Positions 51,497 through 63,974 of a stretch of 64,000 nt of DNA are shown one piece after another. The notes beneath the pieces are model-generated. The model did no database searches. It saw only the letters and a list, made by a program, of their open reading frames with translations, and was not told where the DNA came from. This stretch comes from Takakia lepidozioides (lineage: Eukaryota > Plantae > Bryophyta), in NCBI GenBank assembly GCA_030704615.1, contig CM060733.1, forward strand, positions 25,234,001-25,298,000, in the 5' to 3' direction. Each line of letters starts with the position of its first letter. Positions within the stretch are counted from its first letter, which is position 1. A program made the position numbers and the translations under genes.

Positions 51497-52856
51497 TCAT
51501 CTTGTCCCGGGCGAACCAGGACGCGTTGAGGGGCACAAACTGTCTCTTGATAAGTTCCTTGAACCCACTCCAGTTCAAGGTTTCCTTGTTTGGACCTCGG
51601 TCATAAAGGCGTTTCTGCCACCATTGTTGAGCATAGCCCCTCGAATAGGTGGGAGCCACTTCCACCTGATCCTCGTCACTCAACTTGGCCGCCCGGAAGT
51701 ACTGCTCTAGCTCCAAGAGCCAGGTGTTGAGTGCCTTCCGATTTTAGACGCCCTCGAAGGTGCCGGGTTCCTTAGGCTTCATCTTAAACTTTGCCTTAGT
51801 GGAAGTGGCATTAACCGCCTTCAACACGTCTTTCAACATCCCGCCAAACTGCGCCAACAACCCTTCCCAAAAGGCTACTGGCATGGGAGGCATATGTTGG
51901 TCTGGCGGAGCCTCCGGGAGGTTCTCGGGCTCCGACTTCCCAGATTCCTCCCGTTCTTGAGCAACCTCAAAAGCATGAATCGTCTCCTCAAATTGCAGCT
52001 TCGGTGATATGTCGCCCCCATCGGGCTCACCAGGATCATCATCTTTCGGGCCGTTCCGCTTTCGCTTTGGTTTGCCCGACCCCATGATGAGGCCGATCTC
52101 AAGGACGATTGCGTACTGAACTCTAAGCTCTAATACCAAGTGTCGCGCACCTCACTTCGGTAAGTTCCCCTTCAAGTCATAGTTACTCGCTTTGATGCGC
52201 GCGCCTAACTCCCAAACTGGCCGCCGGGCCAACTCGGAGCTTCGGCTGCTCATCGGGACATAACGGTCCCCCTTTGCTCCTCCACGAGACTCTCTCTCGA
52301 TTTGGGCCAAGTGGAAATTCCCTTTGGTCGATGGCAGTCCGGAACAGCTCCCCACGCTTTTTGGCTCGCACGCTTACTCACTAGTTTTGGGTCACCAACG
52401 GGCTTGCACCGTTCTTGGAGTTACTACTCCCTGTATATACTTCTGTGACTGTCCGCAGGGGTTTCACAAACAACCATGCCATTTTATGGCGAACCACCAC
52501 GAAAACCCTTGACTCTCGGTGATGAGTCGCGGTGAGTCTTGGCCCACCCACCACGGTCCCATTGGACTGTGATGAGTCCCAAGACTCCCTACGATTCCCA
52601 CCACAAGGTCTCCGCCCCATGGTGAGTCCTATGTCACCCCCAGTAAGACCCACGAAGCTACCATCACCCCTCGTGGAACCACCCCCACTGCAACCCGGTA
52701 TGCGGGGTTCCACCTAGTGAGCGTCTCCGCCTGCTTGAGTGCCCAAGGCACTCAAGGGTGCTTCAGCCCCCGTATCTATTGTTGCCACTGCCCCCACCAC
52801 AGGGGCAACCCCTTTTGTGTTCCGACCCCCTGCCCTCAAGGCGAAGGGCCGCGACA
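51497..52856 (-). mobile_element. Gypsy 5' LTR (52141-52856) + PBS + gag N-terminus to ARDKM
   Basis: LTR homologous to 23813-24534; PBS variant tggtattagagc; gag at 52139-51497. Confidence 0.9.
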
Positions 52857-55490
52857 TGATCGAACCTCTTGGAGAATGGGGGCTTGGGGGTGGGTGGATA
52901 CCCATTGAACCAGGTTGAGGGAGGAGTAGAATCTGTCTAGCCTAGCCATCTGAAGGTCGGGGGGCTGTCTGTTGTTTGACCAGGTGAACGACGAGAGGTT
53001 TGTGATAGCGGAGGCAGATGGGGGGGGGAGGAGGGAATGACTGCTTCGGTAAGATTGTGATGATGAGTGAGGTTATACCAACTATCCATCTCTTGAGAGG
53101 ACGGATTGAAGCTGGATGGCCCACGTCGGTCGCGTAAATTTTCCACCATGTTGAAATCGCCCATCAAAACCCAACTATCAATGCTAGGCAGGTTTGTCAT
53201 ATGCTCATCAAAAGCAGTCCAGAATTCAGCTCTCTCCATCGTGGAGTTAGGAGCGTAAATATTAACGAATCCTATTGTTCCTGCATTGGTTGGGAGGGAA
53301 ATGGCACAGAACTGAGCCCTTCCGGGTATCCACGACCCTTCCGAGTGCATGAGTGAGTGAATAGAGGAAGAGAGGAGGAAGGCAGTTCCCCCCCTGGTGC
53401 CCACCAAGGTTGGTTTCCAGAGGGAAAGGGTTAAGGGCCATAGGTGGTCGGAGAGGTTGGATATTTTGATAGTGTCAAGCTTATGTTCTTGAATGGCCAC
53501 TATAACATCTTGTTGTTGCAAAGGGCTGAGCCAAGATTTAAGCCTAACTCTTTTGAGGGAGTCTTGTCCTTGGCCTATCCCCCTGATATTCCAAGAAGAG
53601 AGTTTAATTAACATTGGGGGGGAAGTATTGGCCGAGAAGAGTGTTCTCATTTGATGGCCTTGGGGCGTGAAACAAAGAGCCTCTTGTCGGTATGAGGTAG
53701 GGAGCTAACCCAGCAGAAGCCCGGAGGGGCTGTTGGGAGGAATTTTTTGACTTGAATGTGGATGAGGGTTGGGGCATAAAAGGGCGGGGGTTGAGGTGGA
53801 TGTGGGATGAACTGACCAGATGGGGGTTTTGTGGCAGCGATGGAGAGGAGGTGAGCATAAATACGGAGGAAGGTGGATGGGAGAGGCAATAGCGTGAAGG
53901 CAGGGGCCTGGTGTAGTTGACTGCTGTGATAAGGGAGAGAGGCTGGTGAGGTAAAGGAAATTGAAGGGAGCTTCTTACGACGAGCGGCTCTGATTCTCGG
54001 TTCCTGGAAGCATAAGACCCAACATCTTTTTGCATCTTTCAAATCAGGATAGAATATAAAGCAGGGGGAGGGGGTGAGGGGAACCTGAGTGTCGATTGCA
54101 GGTGTTGGTGTGAGCATGAGAGGAGGCCCGCATGGTGAATCAAGCATGTCTTTGAGATTCATCGCTGGGGACAACTGGGAGTCTTGTAGTTGTGGTGGCG
54201 ATGGAGCGGGCGTCAACTGGTGGGGCAACGTCGGTGCTACTACCATTAATTGGCCGGAGGCACTCGAGGAAGAAGATTGATCCTTTGCTGCTGTTACCCC
54301 ATAGAGATGGTCCCTGGTGCGCTGCAGGTTGCCTCGGTGGTTGTCTTTGTCCTCTATGATAGCATCCAGCATTGTGAATGCATTTGAGAACGTTTCCCTG
54401 AATTTCGGTCTGAGTTTGCTAGCTCCCCTTGGCTCTGAGAGAATGCTTCTTTTAGGCGGCTGGGCTATGTAGATGTCAGCCTCCTTCATAAAGGCCAAGA
54501 TGTGGGTAGCTGGGTTGCAGCTGAGACCTTGGAAGTTTTCCAAGTATGAACCCCACGACACTTTGGTGGTGCCAGCCAGGTGATAGTAGGGTAGGAAGGC
54601 CATGAAGAATTCTTGTATATTTTTTTTGAGCATGTTCTCAGGGCAGCTGTCAGGTGGACAAGTAGCGATGAAGTGCCGGACATCCTGGATGGTGATCCAA
54701 AGGGATGCAAAATCCTCCCAAGCCGCTTCCGTGATGAGAAAAGACTAGGGGGGACCTTTCCTGTAGACCAGCGGCTGATGCATGAGGCTTTTGGGGGTTC
54801 TTCAATGTTGACCTCGGAGGAGTATCGTAAAGAGATGTGCTGGAATGATTTGATGCTCATGCAGATCCTAGCCACCAAAGGATTGCTCGCAATTCCCGTG
54901 AGCACCACTGTTTTTGAAGTGTTTGGCAGAATGCTAGTGTCGGCCAAGGGGGGTGTTGGTGATGGAAGTACATCGCCTACATGGATCTATTTGCCTTTGC
55001 TTGCCCAATTTGCCTTTTTAACTGCAGATTCTTGTCGCATGGGGTCAGCTCCTTCTCTGAGTTTCTTTGGTACTGGTGAGGCCGGGCTGCTGGAGTTCGT
55101 GGCTTTACCTTCCTGTCGCGTGGTTTGCAGCATGTCTACCGGCGTTTTTGAAGCTCCAGCACATTTGAGGGGATGAGCTGCCTTCTGGGAGGGGAGCTGG
55201 ATGTTCCTGGCCCCGCTTCTTTTCCTTTTACCTTCGTTGCAGTTAGCTTTGATATGGCCTACCTGTCCACAGTTGAAGCAGGATAAAGAAGCGGTTTCTT
55301 CCACCAGTTGGATGGTGTAATAATTGTCTTCCCTGTCAATGGGGAGTCTCACATAGGGTGGAAAAGATTCTTCGTTGGGCATCATAACAACAAATTTAGC
55401 ACAGCCTGAGTCGTTTAGCCTTGAGCAATAATGGTGGATTTCCATGTTGGGTCCAATTTGAGATCTTCTGAGGTAAGCAAATGATCAAAC

Positions 55491-57583
55491 TGTCGCGGCC
55501 CTTTGCCTTGAGGGCAGGGGGTCGGGACACATGAGGGGCTGCCCCTGTGGTGGGGGCAGCGGCAGCGATAGGTATGGGGGGCTGAAGCACCCTTGAGTGC
55601 CCAAGGCACTCAAGGAGGTGGAGGCGCTCACTAGGTGGAGCCCCGCACACCGGGTTGCGGTGGGGGTGGCTCCACAAGGGGTGGTGGTAGCTTAGCGGGA
55701 CTTAGTGGGGGTGGCATAGGACTCACCATGGGGGTGGAGACCTCGTGGTGGGAGTCGTGGGGAGTCTTGGGACTCATCACGGTCCATAGGGGCCGTGGTG
55801 AGTGGGCCAAGACTCACCGCGACTCATCACCGGGAGTCGAGGGTTTTCGTGGTGGTTCGCCATAAAATGGCATGGCTGGTTGTGAAACCCCGCGGACAGC
55901 TACAGAAGTATATATAAGGGGAGTAGTAGACCCCGAGAACGGTGCAAGCCCGTTGGGGACCAAAAACTAGTGAGTAAGCGAGCGAGCCGGAAAGCGACCA
56001 AAGAGTGGGGAGCTGTTCCGGACTGCCATCTACCAAAGGGAATTCTCCTAGTCCCAAATAGGTGGAGGGTTTAGTGGGAAGCGAAGGGGGACCGTTATGT
56101 CCCGGTGAGCAGCCGAAGCTCCAAGTTGGCCCGGGCGGCCAGGTTGGGAGTCAGGCGCGCGCATCAAAGCGAGTAACTATGACTTGAAGGGGAGCTTACC
56201 GAAGTGAGGTGCGCGACACTTGGTATCAGAGCTTAGAGTTCAGTACGCGATCGTCCTTGGGATTGGCCTCATCATGGGGTCGGGCAAGCCAAAGCGAAAG
56301 CGGAACGGCCCAAAAGATGATGATCCTGGTGAGCCCGATGGGGGCGACGTGTCACCGAAGCGGCCGTTTGAGGAAGCGACGCAGGTTTCTGAAAGCGAGG
56401 CCGCTCAAGAGCAGGAGGAATCCGAGGAGTCGGAGCCCGAGGAATCCGTGAGAGCTCCGACCGACCAACAGATGCATCCCATGCTGGCAGGGTTTTGGGA
56501 AGGGTTGTTGGCGCAATTTGGCGGGACGTTGAAAGACGTGTTGAAGGCGGCTAATGCCACTTCCACTAAGGCAAAGTTTAAGGTGAAGCCTAAGGAACCC
56601 GACACCTTCGAGGGCGTCCGAAATCGGAAGGCACTCAACACCTGGCTCCTGGAGCTAGAGCAGTACTTCCGGGCGGCCAAGTTGAGTGACGAGGATCGGG
56701 TGGAAGTGGCTCCCACCTATTTGAGGGGCTATGCTCAACAATGGTGGCAGAAACGCCTTCACGACCGAGGCCCAAGCCCGGAAACCTTGAACTGGAGTGG
56801 GTTCAAGGAATTGATGAAGAGACAGTTTGTGCCCCTCAACGCGTCCTGGCTTGCCCGGGACAAGATGAGGAATTTGAAGCAAACAGATGACATTCGGGGG
56901 TATGTCCAGGCTTTCAATGTGCTGTTGCTCGAAGTCGCGGACATGGCAGAACCAGAAATGGTCTTCAACTTTGTGGCGGGACTGGCCCCATGGGCCAAGC
57001 GGAAGTTGGAGGAGAAGCCACCCAAGACTTTGAACGAGGCAATTGAGAGGGCTGAATGTTTCTCGGATGTCCCTAGGGGTGAGAGACAAGGCCGTACGGA
57101 GCTGAACCACAAGAAGACCCGGCGGGAAGGTGACTCCTCCCGACCGGAAAAGAAGTGGGATAGGTCACGCGGCGACAATGACACATGGAAATCGAAGGGA
57201 GGGCCTTCACACGTCAAGGCGACACCCGGTGCTTCGAAAGGAAAAGCGGGTGGAGCGGCTTATGGCGGACAGAAGGCGACCTTTGATGGAGTGTGTTTCA
57301 ATTGCGGGGAGCCCGGGCACATGGCCAAGAAGTGCACAAAACCTCGACAATTGAACATGACTCGGGCAACCACGGAGCTGTCGGAAGATACCATCAGTCG
57401 CTTGGTGGAAGCGGTGGTCGCCAGGACTTGCAAGGTAGGCAACTATTCTTGTGAGTTGTATCAGGAAACTGGCGCCCTGCGTAAAGGGAGTCAGTTATTG
57501 TTCGTGGATGGGATAATATCCGGAACTAACGTGTCGTTGTTGGTGGACACAGGAGCGTCGCACTCCTTCATGACGCCGGCGGC
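55491..57583 (+). mobile_element. Gypsy 5' LTR (55491-56217) + PBS + intact gag and partial protease; no 3' LTR
   Basis: ORF 56220-57719 is gag-knuckle-LVDTGA up to 57583, then runs into antisense L1 sequence; flanked by CAAAC direct repeats. Confidence 0.92.
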
Positions 57584-57983
57584 CAAACACCCCCATGCAT
57601 CCCAAATAGAAATACCCAAAGTGTCTAGCAATATCTGGGAGGTTGTAAAGGTATTGATCTGGAATAAATGGCACTGCGATGATTCTAGGTCCCCAAAGCT
57701 TACCATTTCTGTTGCCTAGTTTGGAAGACCAAGGGAAGACATTGACATTGAACCCATGGAGATGTGGGTTGAATTTCAAGGCCACATCTACCGCTTCCTG
57801 AGTCTCAAAGAGGATTGAGAAGAAGCCCCTACCTTTGGTATGGCAGAAGTGCTGCTTTAGCCCCCCCCCTCCCCCCAAAATGGCGGGAGGCCCAGTCCCT
57901 AACGTGAGCCCTGCTAACTTTCCTGCATGGAAAGTGCAGCAGGACGCCTTTTTCTTCCATTGTAGTAACCCGACTGTCTAGAC

Positions 57984-58745
57984 CAGTGTTGGCCGGTTAC
58001 AAGAATTTTACATATCCGCCGGTTAAGGTCACTTCAATATTTTTGGGATGGACACACTCCATGGTTATGTATAAGGATAAATTTTTTATTTTAGTATATC
58101 CATCGGTTATCTATTCTACAAAATTCTTCAAATTTAGACGGTTATGAATAGGACGGTTAGAGGTGTCCTAAAATTGGCGGATATATATGCAATTGGCGGT
58201 TACATATAATATATTGAATGGGCACTTCTCAATGATTTTTGTTAAAAAATTCCCACATGACATCCAAATGAAGATGAGAACCTTTAATAAATATGAGTAA
58301 TAGATAGGTAATGCTAGAATGCTCCAAGTACATGAGACAATGACAAATAAAATGACTAAAGTAAGAAAGGAGAAAGCCAAAGAGGGAAGTTGGCTAACAT
58401 TTAACATAGCAATAAGTTATACATACTGAGCGCACCTCTTGCAAAAGTTGCCAATAGTGAGGCATGCATGCAATCATGGCAATCAATGCAGTTGCGTTGT
58501 GTGAGGAGGCATGTCGTATACTTAACCGTTCTAGGGGTGGTCAAAACGCCTTACTAATCCGGGTATAGAGTGTAGTGTTAACCTTAATATAGGGTACATA
58601 TACATATACATACTCACCTCCCAACCGTCGGTTATCTATTTGCTCTATTTTGTAAAAATACCATGTATGCGGTTATGTATATCTACTAACTGGGGTGATA
58701 ACAGACTCACTAACTGGGGTAGAGTGCTATACCCGGCCAACACTG
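57984..58745. mobile_element. Non-autonomous hAT MITE (762 bp) in L1 ORF1
   Basis: TIR CAGTGTTGGCCGG; 8-bp TSD GTCTAGAC (57976-57983 / 58746-58753). Confidence 0.93.
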
Positions 58746-60558
58746 GTCTAGACCATCCATGTCCACATCCACCAAAGACCACTCATCACTCATCGCTTCT
58801 TGCTCCTCTAATGTGTCTTTGAGGTAGTCTTGCTGATCGCAGGGGATGGGAGAGTCTTCCGTCGTTGGATTGAACATTGAATCGGGAGGAGGAACGATGG
58901 GCCGTTGCCAAGAGCTGGATGCCGCGTGGAGAGGTGGCGACTGAGGCCTGCCGGGAAGCGAGCGATGGGGGGGGGGAGATGATCGAGCCTGATGCGCCAG
59001 GAAGTAGCCGGCGCCCGAGGAAGGCTGAGGGCGGTTGAATTGCTGAGTTCGTGGTGATCTCTGTAGAGTTCACTTCCAGCCATTGCCATGATTCCTTAGC
59101 TGGGACGAGCTGAATGGGGCCATTTGAGAGAGAGAGAAGGATTCGAGGGTAGTGGTGTGGGTGGGGGCAAAAGACGATGCAAGAGTGAAGAGATACCAGC
59201 GATGGAGACAGGACCCCGCAGCGAGGCGGCGGGCCATTGGAAATGTTAATTTTATGGGGCACCAGATGGCAGGTTACGTTTGTGACGGCGACGGCACAGC
59301 CGTGTGAGAATTAGGACGGATCAATTGCGCCGCCAACCTGTAGTGGAGTTAATGGATATGACAGGATGAAGGATGAGGAAGAGACGCTGAGATAGCAACC
59401 CAGCGAACGTTCTCAGTCTTGATGTCTTGATGTTAAGAACCGTGGCTTAGGTTTTCCTGAAGGAATTCATTTGAATGCCATTCTATGGCTTGGTTTGGGT
59501 TCTTCGGGGGGATAATACGTCGATTCTAGGGAAGAACTTCACGCTAGGCCTTGCGAGAGAGACGAAGAGACCGTTGGGGGGCTCTCTCTCTCACCACAGT
59601 TTGCGGAGCTCCTACATCGCGCCCTCCATCTCTACTATAAATATTAAGTAAATATAAATAAGTACATGTATGTCCACTTAAATAGTATAATACACATACC
59701 AGAGTAAATGAGGAAGAGGGGGGGGGGGGGGGGTACTGGTATTGTGGCTGGTATGAGAATACGGATACCAGCCTGGTTTGGTATATGACCTGGTATTGTA
59801 GAACTTAAGACCAGGTCGTCCGTGATACCAGGGTTGATACCAGCGTTAATACTCGGGTCTGATACACATACCAGACCAACACTGGTATTTACCCCATCAT
59901 TGTACATCTTACTGGAGACCCGATTCCTAACACTGTAGACTTCACTGTAGGACGAAAAAGGATGGATAGTAAACTGGGCTTGCAAAATGAAATGAATGCG
60001 AGAATGGGGGGATGGTGGTTGTGCAATAGGATGAGAACATAGATGCACGAGATCGTAGGTTGCGGAAAATGCAATAATAAGTTGCACCGGTACACATGCA
60101 CCATTCGTCGCTAAGTTCCAGTGACAATCCCCACCCATCCTCAATGTTTAAAAGGTTTGCATTCCACTTCTATCATTCAACTGCGTTCATTAGTAGAAGC
60201 CTGGGAAGTAATAAACTGCTCCTTCTTTGTTCCTTCATGTCTCTCCACATCAAAGGAATCACCCCTTTCATTGAAGGGGGTGGACCGGTATAGACCATTA
60301 CAATTGCCCCTCCTGAAAGTGAGACACCCTTCTAATCGCCCCTCCATACAGCAACAGCCTTCCATTAGATTGCAGGAGGAAGAAACCCCACGGAAGGGGC
60401 TATTCTTTAGGGTGCCCCTTAGAGAATATCTAGACCAATGGGGCAGCTTCAAGCCTGGGGGTGGTTCATGGGGGGGGCTTGGGAGTGCCCATGGAACTGG
60501 GCACCGTGACTGTGATTGATTGCTTCTATCGTTCTACATTTGTCGCAATTTCTCGTGT

Positions 60559-63500
60559 CTATGCAAACTTCCCCTCTTCCGCCTGTACAGCGGTGGACCA
60601 ATCTGCCCGCCACTCACTTGTAACAATTAAAATACGCTCTGTAGCCCAACCTGAGCTGTCAAGCTGCAAAACACAGGTTACAACGTGTCAAATATAGTGT
60701 GGTGTAATGAGGACCTTCCTATACCAAAAGGCAGGTTTAGGCATTTCAGCAGTACTAGATATTTAAAGCAATGCACCAAACTAGTCTTATGGAATGTTGG
60801 CCACATGGTTTGAGATAGAAAATGGCGTAGAGACTTTTCTGGCCTCTTTACAAGCTAATAAAAAATCACCAGTATTAAGAAAAAAGGGAAAGAATGAGGT
60901 ACAGGAAAAACCAAAGCTAAGGTTGGGTAATTAGGCTACATCAAGAATGTAAGAGCATCTGTCTCCAGATCCCAGTGGGAAGTGGCCAAGGAAGTTCTCG
61001 ACTCACTGCAGTTACGAAACTTGCATAATTTCTCTTCATCCAACTGAGAGATTCCGCCTCTGCCACACACTCAGATTGAGGTCTTTGAAGAAGCTCTGCT
61101 TGGTGCAATGCATGCACGTAAGCCCGCACACAATCCTGTGGTGTTGCCTGGCTGTGCAACACTACGTGTACAGTTTGGCCGTCATGAACCACCAGATAAT
61201 GTTCTGCCATACAAAAAGACCAGAGATTGCTTACTTTTTGGTAGTACACTTGTAAACTGAATGCATCAAGAGTCCCAAAGGCACAGGAAACAAGGTCCAT
61301 GGCATTCTCTTTCAACAGGCCTTCCTAGGGCGCTTTCTCTAGAAATCGAGGTAAGTATACATAATGTGTGTTTACAGGCAGTGCCCAGAAACACGCATGT
61401 TTAGAGCGCAAAAGCTGAAGCCTCATTAAAATCGTTTGCAAATTTGTTAGGAAACAAGGGACCAAATTCTTCGACGAGAAAAGGTGAAAAAAGGTGGACT
61501 ACTGCCAGAGAAAGCATAAAAGTATGGTGTCTCTTTACCCTGAAGGGTCTACATGGTTGCTCAAACCTCCCCCAAGCACTAAAAAGCCCGCACGTATTAC
61601 CCACAGTCAGGTTACCGGTTGACCCAAGGACCCCCTTTTATTTGCCCATAACTGGCTACATCCAGCATGCAGTGGCATTGAACCCACGACTGTAAGGCGG
61701 CCTTGTGCCCTAACCACTGGGCCATGTAACCTATTTGTGAAATCCGACTGCAGGGCACCAATTAGTACATCCAACAGAATCTACACTGTCAAATAGAGTC
61801 TTAGAATTGCCTGTTCCTCAGCTAGACCCAAAATCCTCACAAGTTTGGCATTGCCCTACCAGCACAAAAGCATTGCTAAATAAGGCATTTCACCTTTCCC
61901 ATGCCGCCGAACCAATGAAGGAAAGGACACCCAACTGTGTAATGCTTGCACCAGCACCGCATGGTCAGTACAACACCAATAAGGAAGTCAATGAATTGAT
62001 AATGCAAGAAGTCTATTTTCACAAATCGACAAATCTAGTTTTGCATGCAGCAATGCAGACGGGTCTGGAAAAGAAAGCCACTCCCACTTTAGGAACACAA
62101 AGCCTGGCAACATCAGGTAAGGCTGTTCTGGTTTACCCTCCAGCCAGCCGTAAGGAAGATATTTGAGCTCCAAAGTTCACGGTCTTCAGCAACTGGACAT
62201 CTCTTCCATGTTTCAGCCATGGTAAACTCGGCAATTGTGGCAGTACGCGCTCCTGACTGGCAACTTCTTTTGGCGTAGGTACTGTCAAACCACAAGTACC
62301 ACCTGAGCAGCATGATGAGGGTGTCATCTCCTTGAAATTTTTCAAATTAGTCTTTCTTAGTATGTTGGATTCCGAGATGGCAAAAGAGATATGTCAAAGA
62401 GAAATGAAATGGTAGAGACAGAGGAAAGAGAAAAGGAAAAGAACTCTATAAGGTCCACAGGTGGTCCATAGGTAGGTAGAACAAACCACGAGAGAGAAAG
62501 AAAGGAAAAGTGACAAACTTCTTACATCCCCAAGAGGCCCACAGGCTCTTTTGGTCATTATCTAACTTCGAGACCGTCTCGTACATCAATGAAATGGCCC
62601 ATATGATGTCCGGAGGGACCCATATTGTTTGTAACTGTCAAGAAGAAGGGCTCCAGGGACTAAATTGAAAGCCATTCAGAAGGCCACATGCAGGCATACA
62701 CCATTTTGAAAGATATTATAATGTCTGTGGGAGGCCCAAAAGACCTAAGGTCCACAAATACAGAGGGAGGGAGCTAGAAAGTACCTTTGCCACAAGCTAT
62801 GAAAGCTTTCAAGAGAATAGATGTCCTTTCAGCATTCAAGCTGCTCAAGCAAAGGGAACGAACTGCCCTGTAGTTTGCTGCTCACAGCCACAGCACCCCG
62901 GTTCAGCTCAACCACATGCAGACCACACTCACTATGATTGAAACCAATGTACAAAGTGCCAAGGGGCACGAGAAATGAGTAAAAGACATGAAATCTTGTA
63001 TTAGCACATTGCAAAATGCTAGGGTACTGAGAATGACTTATACTGTTGGCAATTTTGTGTGAGGGATAAAGGGACAAACAGGCTGGGGCTTGGGTGGAAT
63101 GAAAGCCTCACCATACATGTGAAACGCTGTGAGTAAGAGGAAGGTGACCCAGAGGGCTATGACATGGCCAGATGTCAAGCGTGCCACAACCATACCCAGC
63201 AACATTCCCACTAAAGTTGCAGCTGTCTCCTGGCTACCTTCCTGCAGATATTCAACCACACACCACAACTCCACTTTTAAAATCTTTTAGTGATCAATGA
63301 TAAGATTTGCCTGCAAGGAAGAGCCCTGACTAACAGTACCAAAGTAAGCCCTGGTTTCAATGCTCACAGATGCAGCAGATCTGAGTTGTAGTAAATAGAA
63401 ATGCTTATGATCCCCACACAGCAAAGTCTACATACTACCTTCTGCTAGATTCAATAGCAACACAGACACACTCAAACAGAACTACAGCACCCACAAGCCA

Positions 63501-63974
63501 TCGAGCAGGCACCTTGGCAGAGATGTCTGCAGCATTCTTGCACTGCGCAAAGTGCTGTGTAAGAACAGCCCTTGTTGCCCCACTAGCCACACCCGCTGCC
63601 ACATACAATGAACCAACAACTTAAGCTTCGAAGGAATGGGCATGGTGCAACCATATTCTTGATACTGAACCAGTGCTTAATGCTTGCTGCCGAACTGACC
63701 TCAATCTCTGTGTTGTAGAGGGAGAACTTAAGACCCTCCCTGTATGAATACTGCACTTTCTCCTACATCAAATATGCACCCAATGTTCAAACCTGCAACA
63801 TACAAGCTCCTCAATAACATGATCAAAACAAGCAGAAACAACTGAAACCCCATACTTGAAGTGATCGTACAAGAAGAGGGGGTTGCTTACTGACAGATCT
63901 GGCCAAGCTGCCGATGCAAAGAATTGTCACGAATGCACCAGGGAAGAGGGGCGAGATGAGGTCCATCAACATCC
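60559..63974 (-). CDS. RUS3: ROOT UVB SENSITIVE 3-like (DUF647) protein; 3' portion, begins beyond the window end
   Basis: Exons 63974-63891 (GMLMDLISPLFP), 63595-63513 (GVASGATRAVLTQHFA..NAADISAK), 63241-63112 (EGSQETAAT), 62877-62785 (ANYRAVRSL..LNAER), 62281-62137, an uncertain exon near 61310-61234, 61204-61007, 60663-60559 (SGWATERIL..WRADW..stop). Confidence 0.9.

Larger units (their letters stand above)
44368..59639 (-). mobile_element. L1-clade LINE, fragmented (ORF1, endonuclease and 3' end present; RT missing)
   Basis: A-rich tail 44368-44404; ORF2 C-terminus LWQLWRVRC at 44823-45133; endonuclease SWNIRG..QEHK..NIYAP..MGDFN at 52937-53650 (ATGA overlap with the ORF1 stop); ORF1 with CFNCGQVGHIKANC (~55270) and DUF4283-like GRGFFSILF (57590-57880). 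Candidate TSD AATATTA. Confidence 0.82.
44164..59884. mobile_element. Non-autonomous hAT element expanded to 15.7 kb by nested insertions
   Basis: TIR CAGTGTTGGTCTGG at 44164 and its reverse complement ending at 59884; 8-bp TSD GTATTTAC (44156-44163 / 59885-59892); TACCAG/CTGGTA subterminal motifs at both ends. Confidence 0.9.

Noticed and set aside
49332-52856. A single intact non-autonomous LTR element
   Set aside because: No matching TSD and divergent LTRs; better explained as an inversion chimera.
54613-55176. Plus-strand 187-aa ORF
   Set aside because: Antisense to L1 ORF1, with no recognisable motifs.
60250-60410. Imperfect inverted repeat, possible MITE
   Set aside because: TIRs are poor and no TSD was found.
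62380-62700. Purine-rich tract with gaaatgaaatggta, possible LINE tail in a RUS3 intron
   Set aside because: The match is too short and the hairpin motif is absent.
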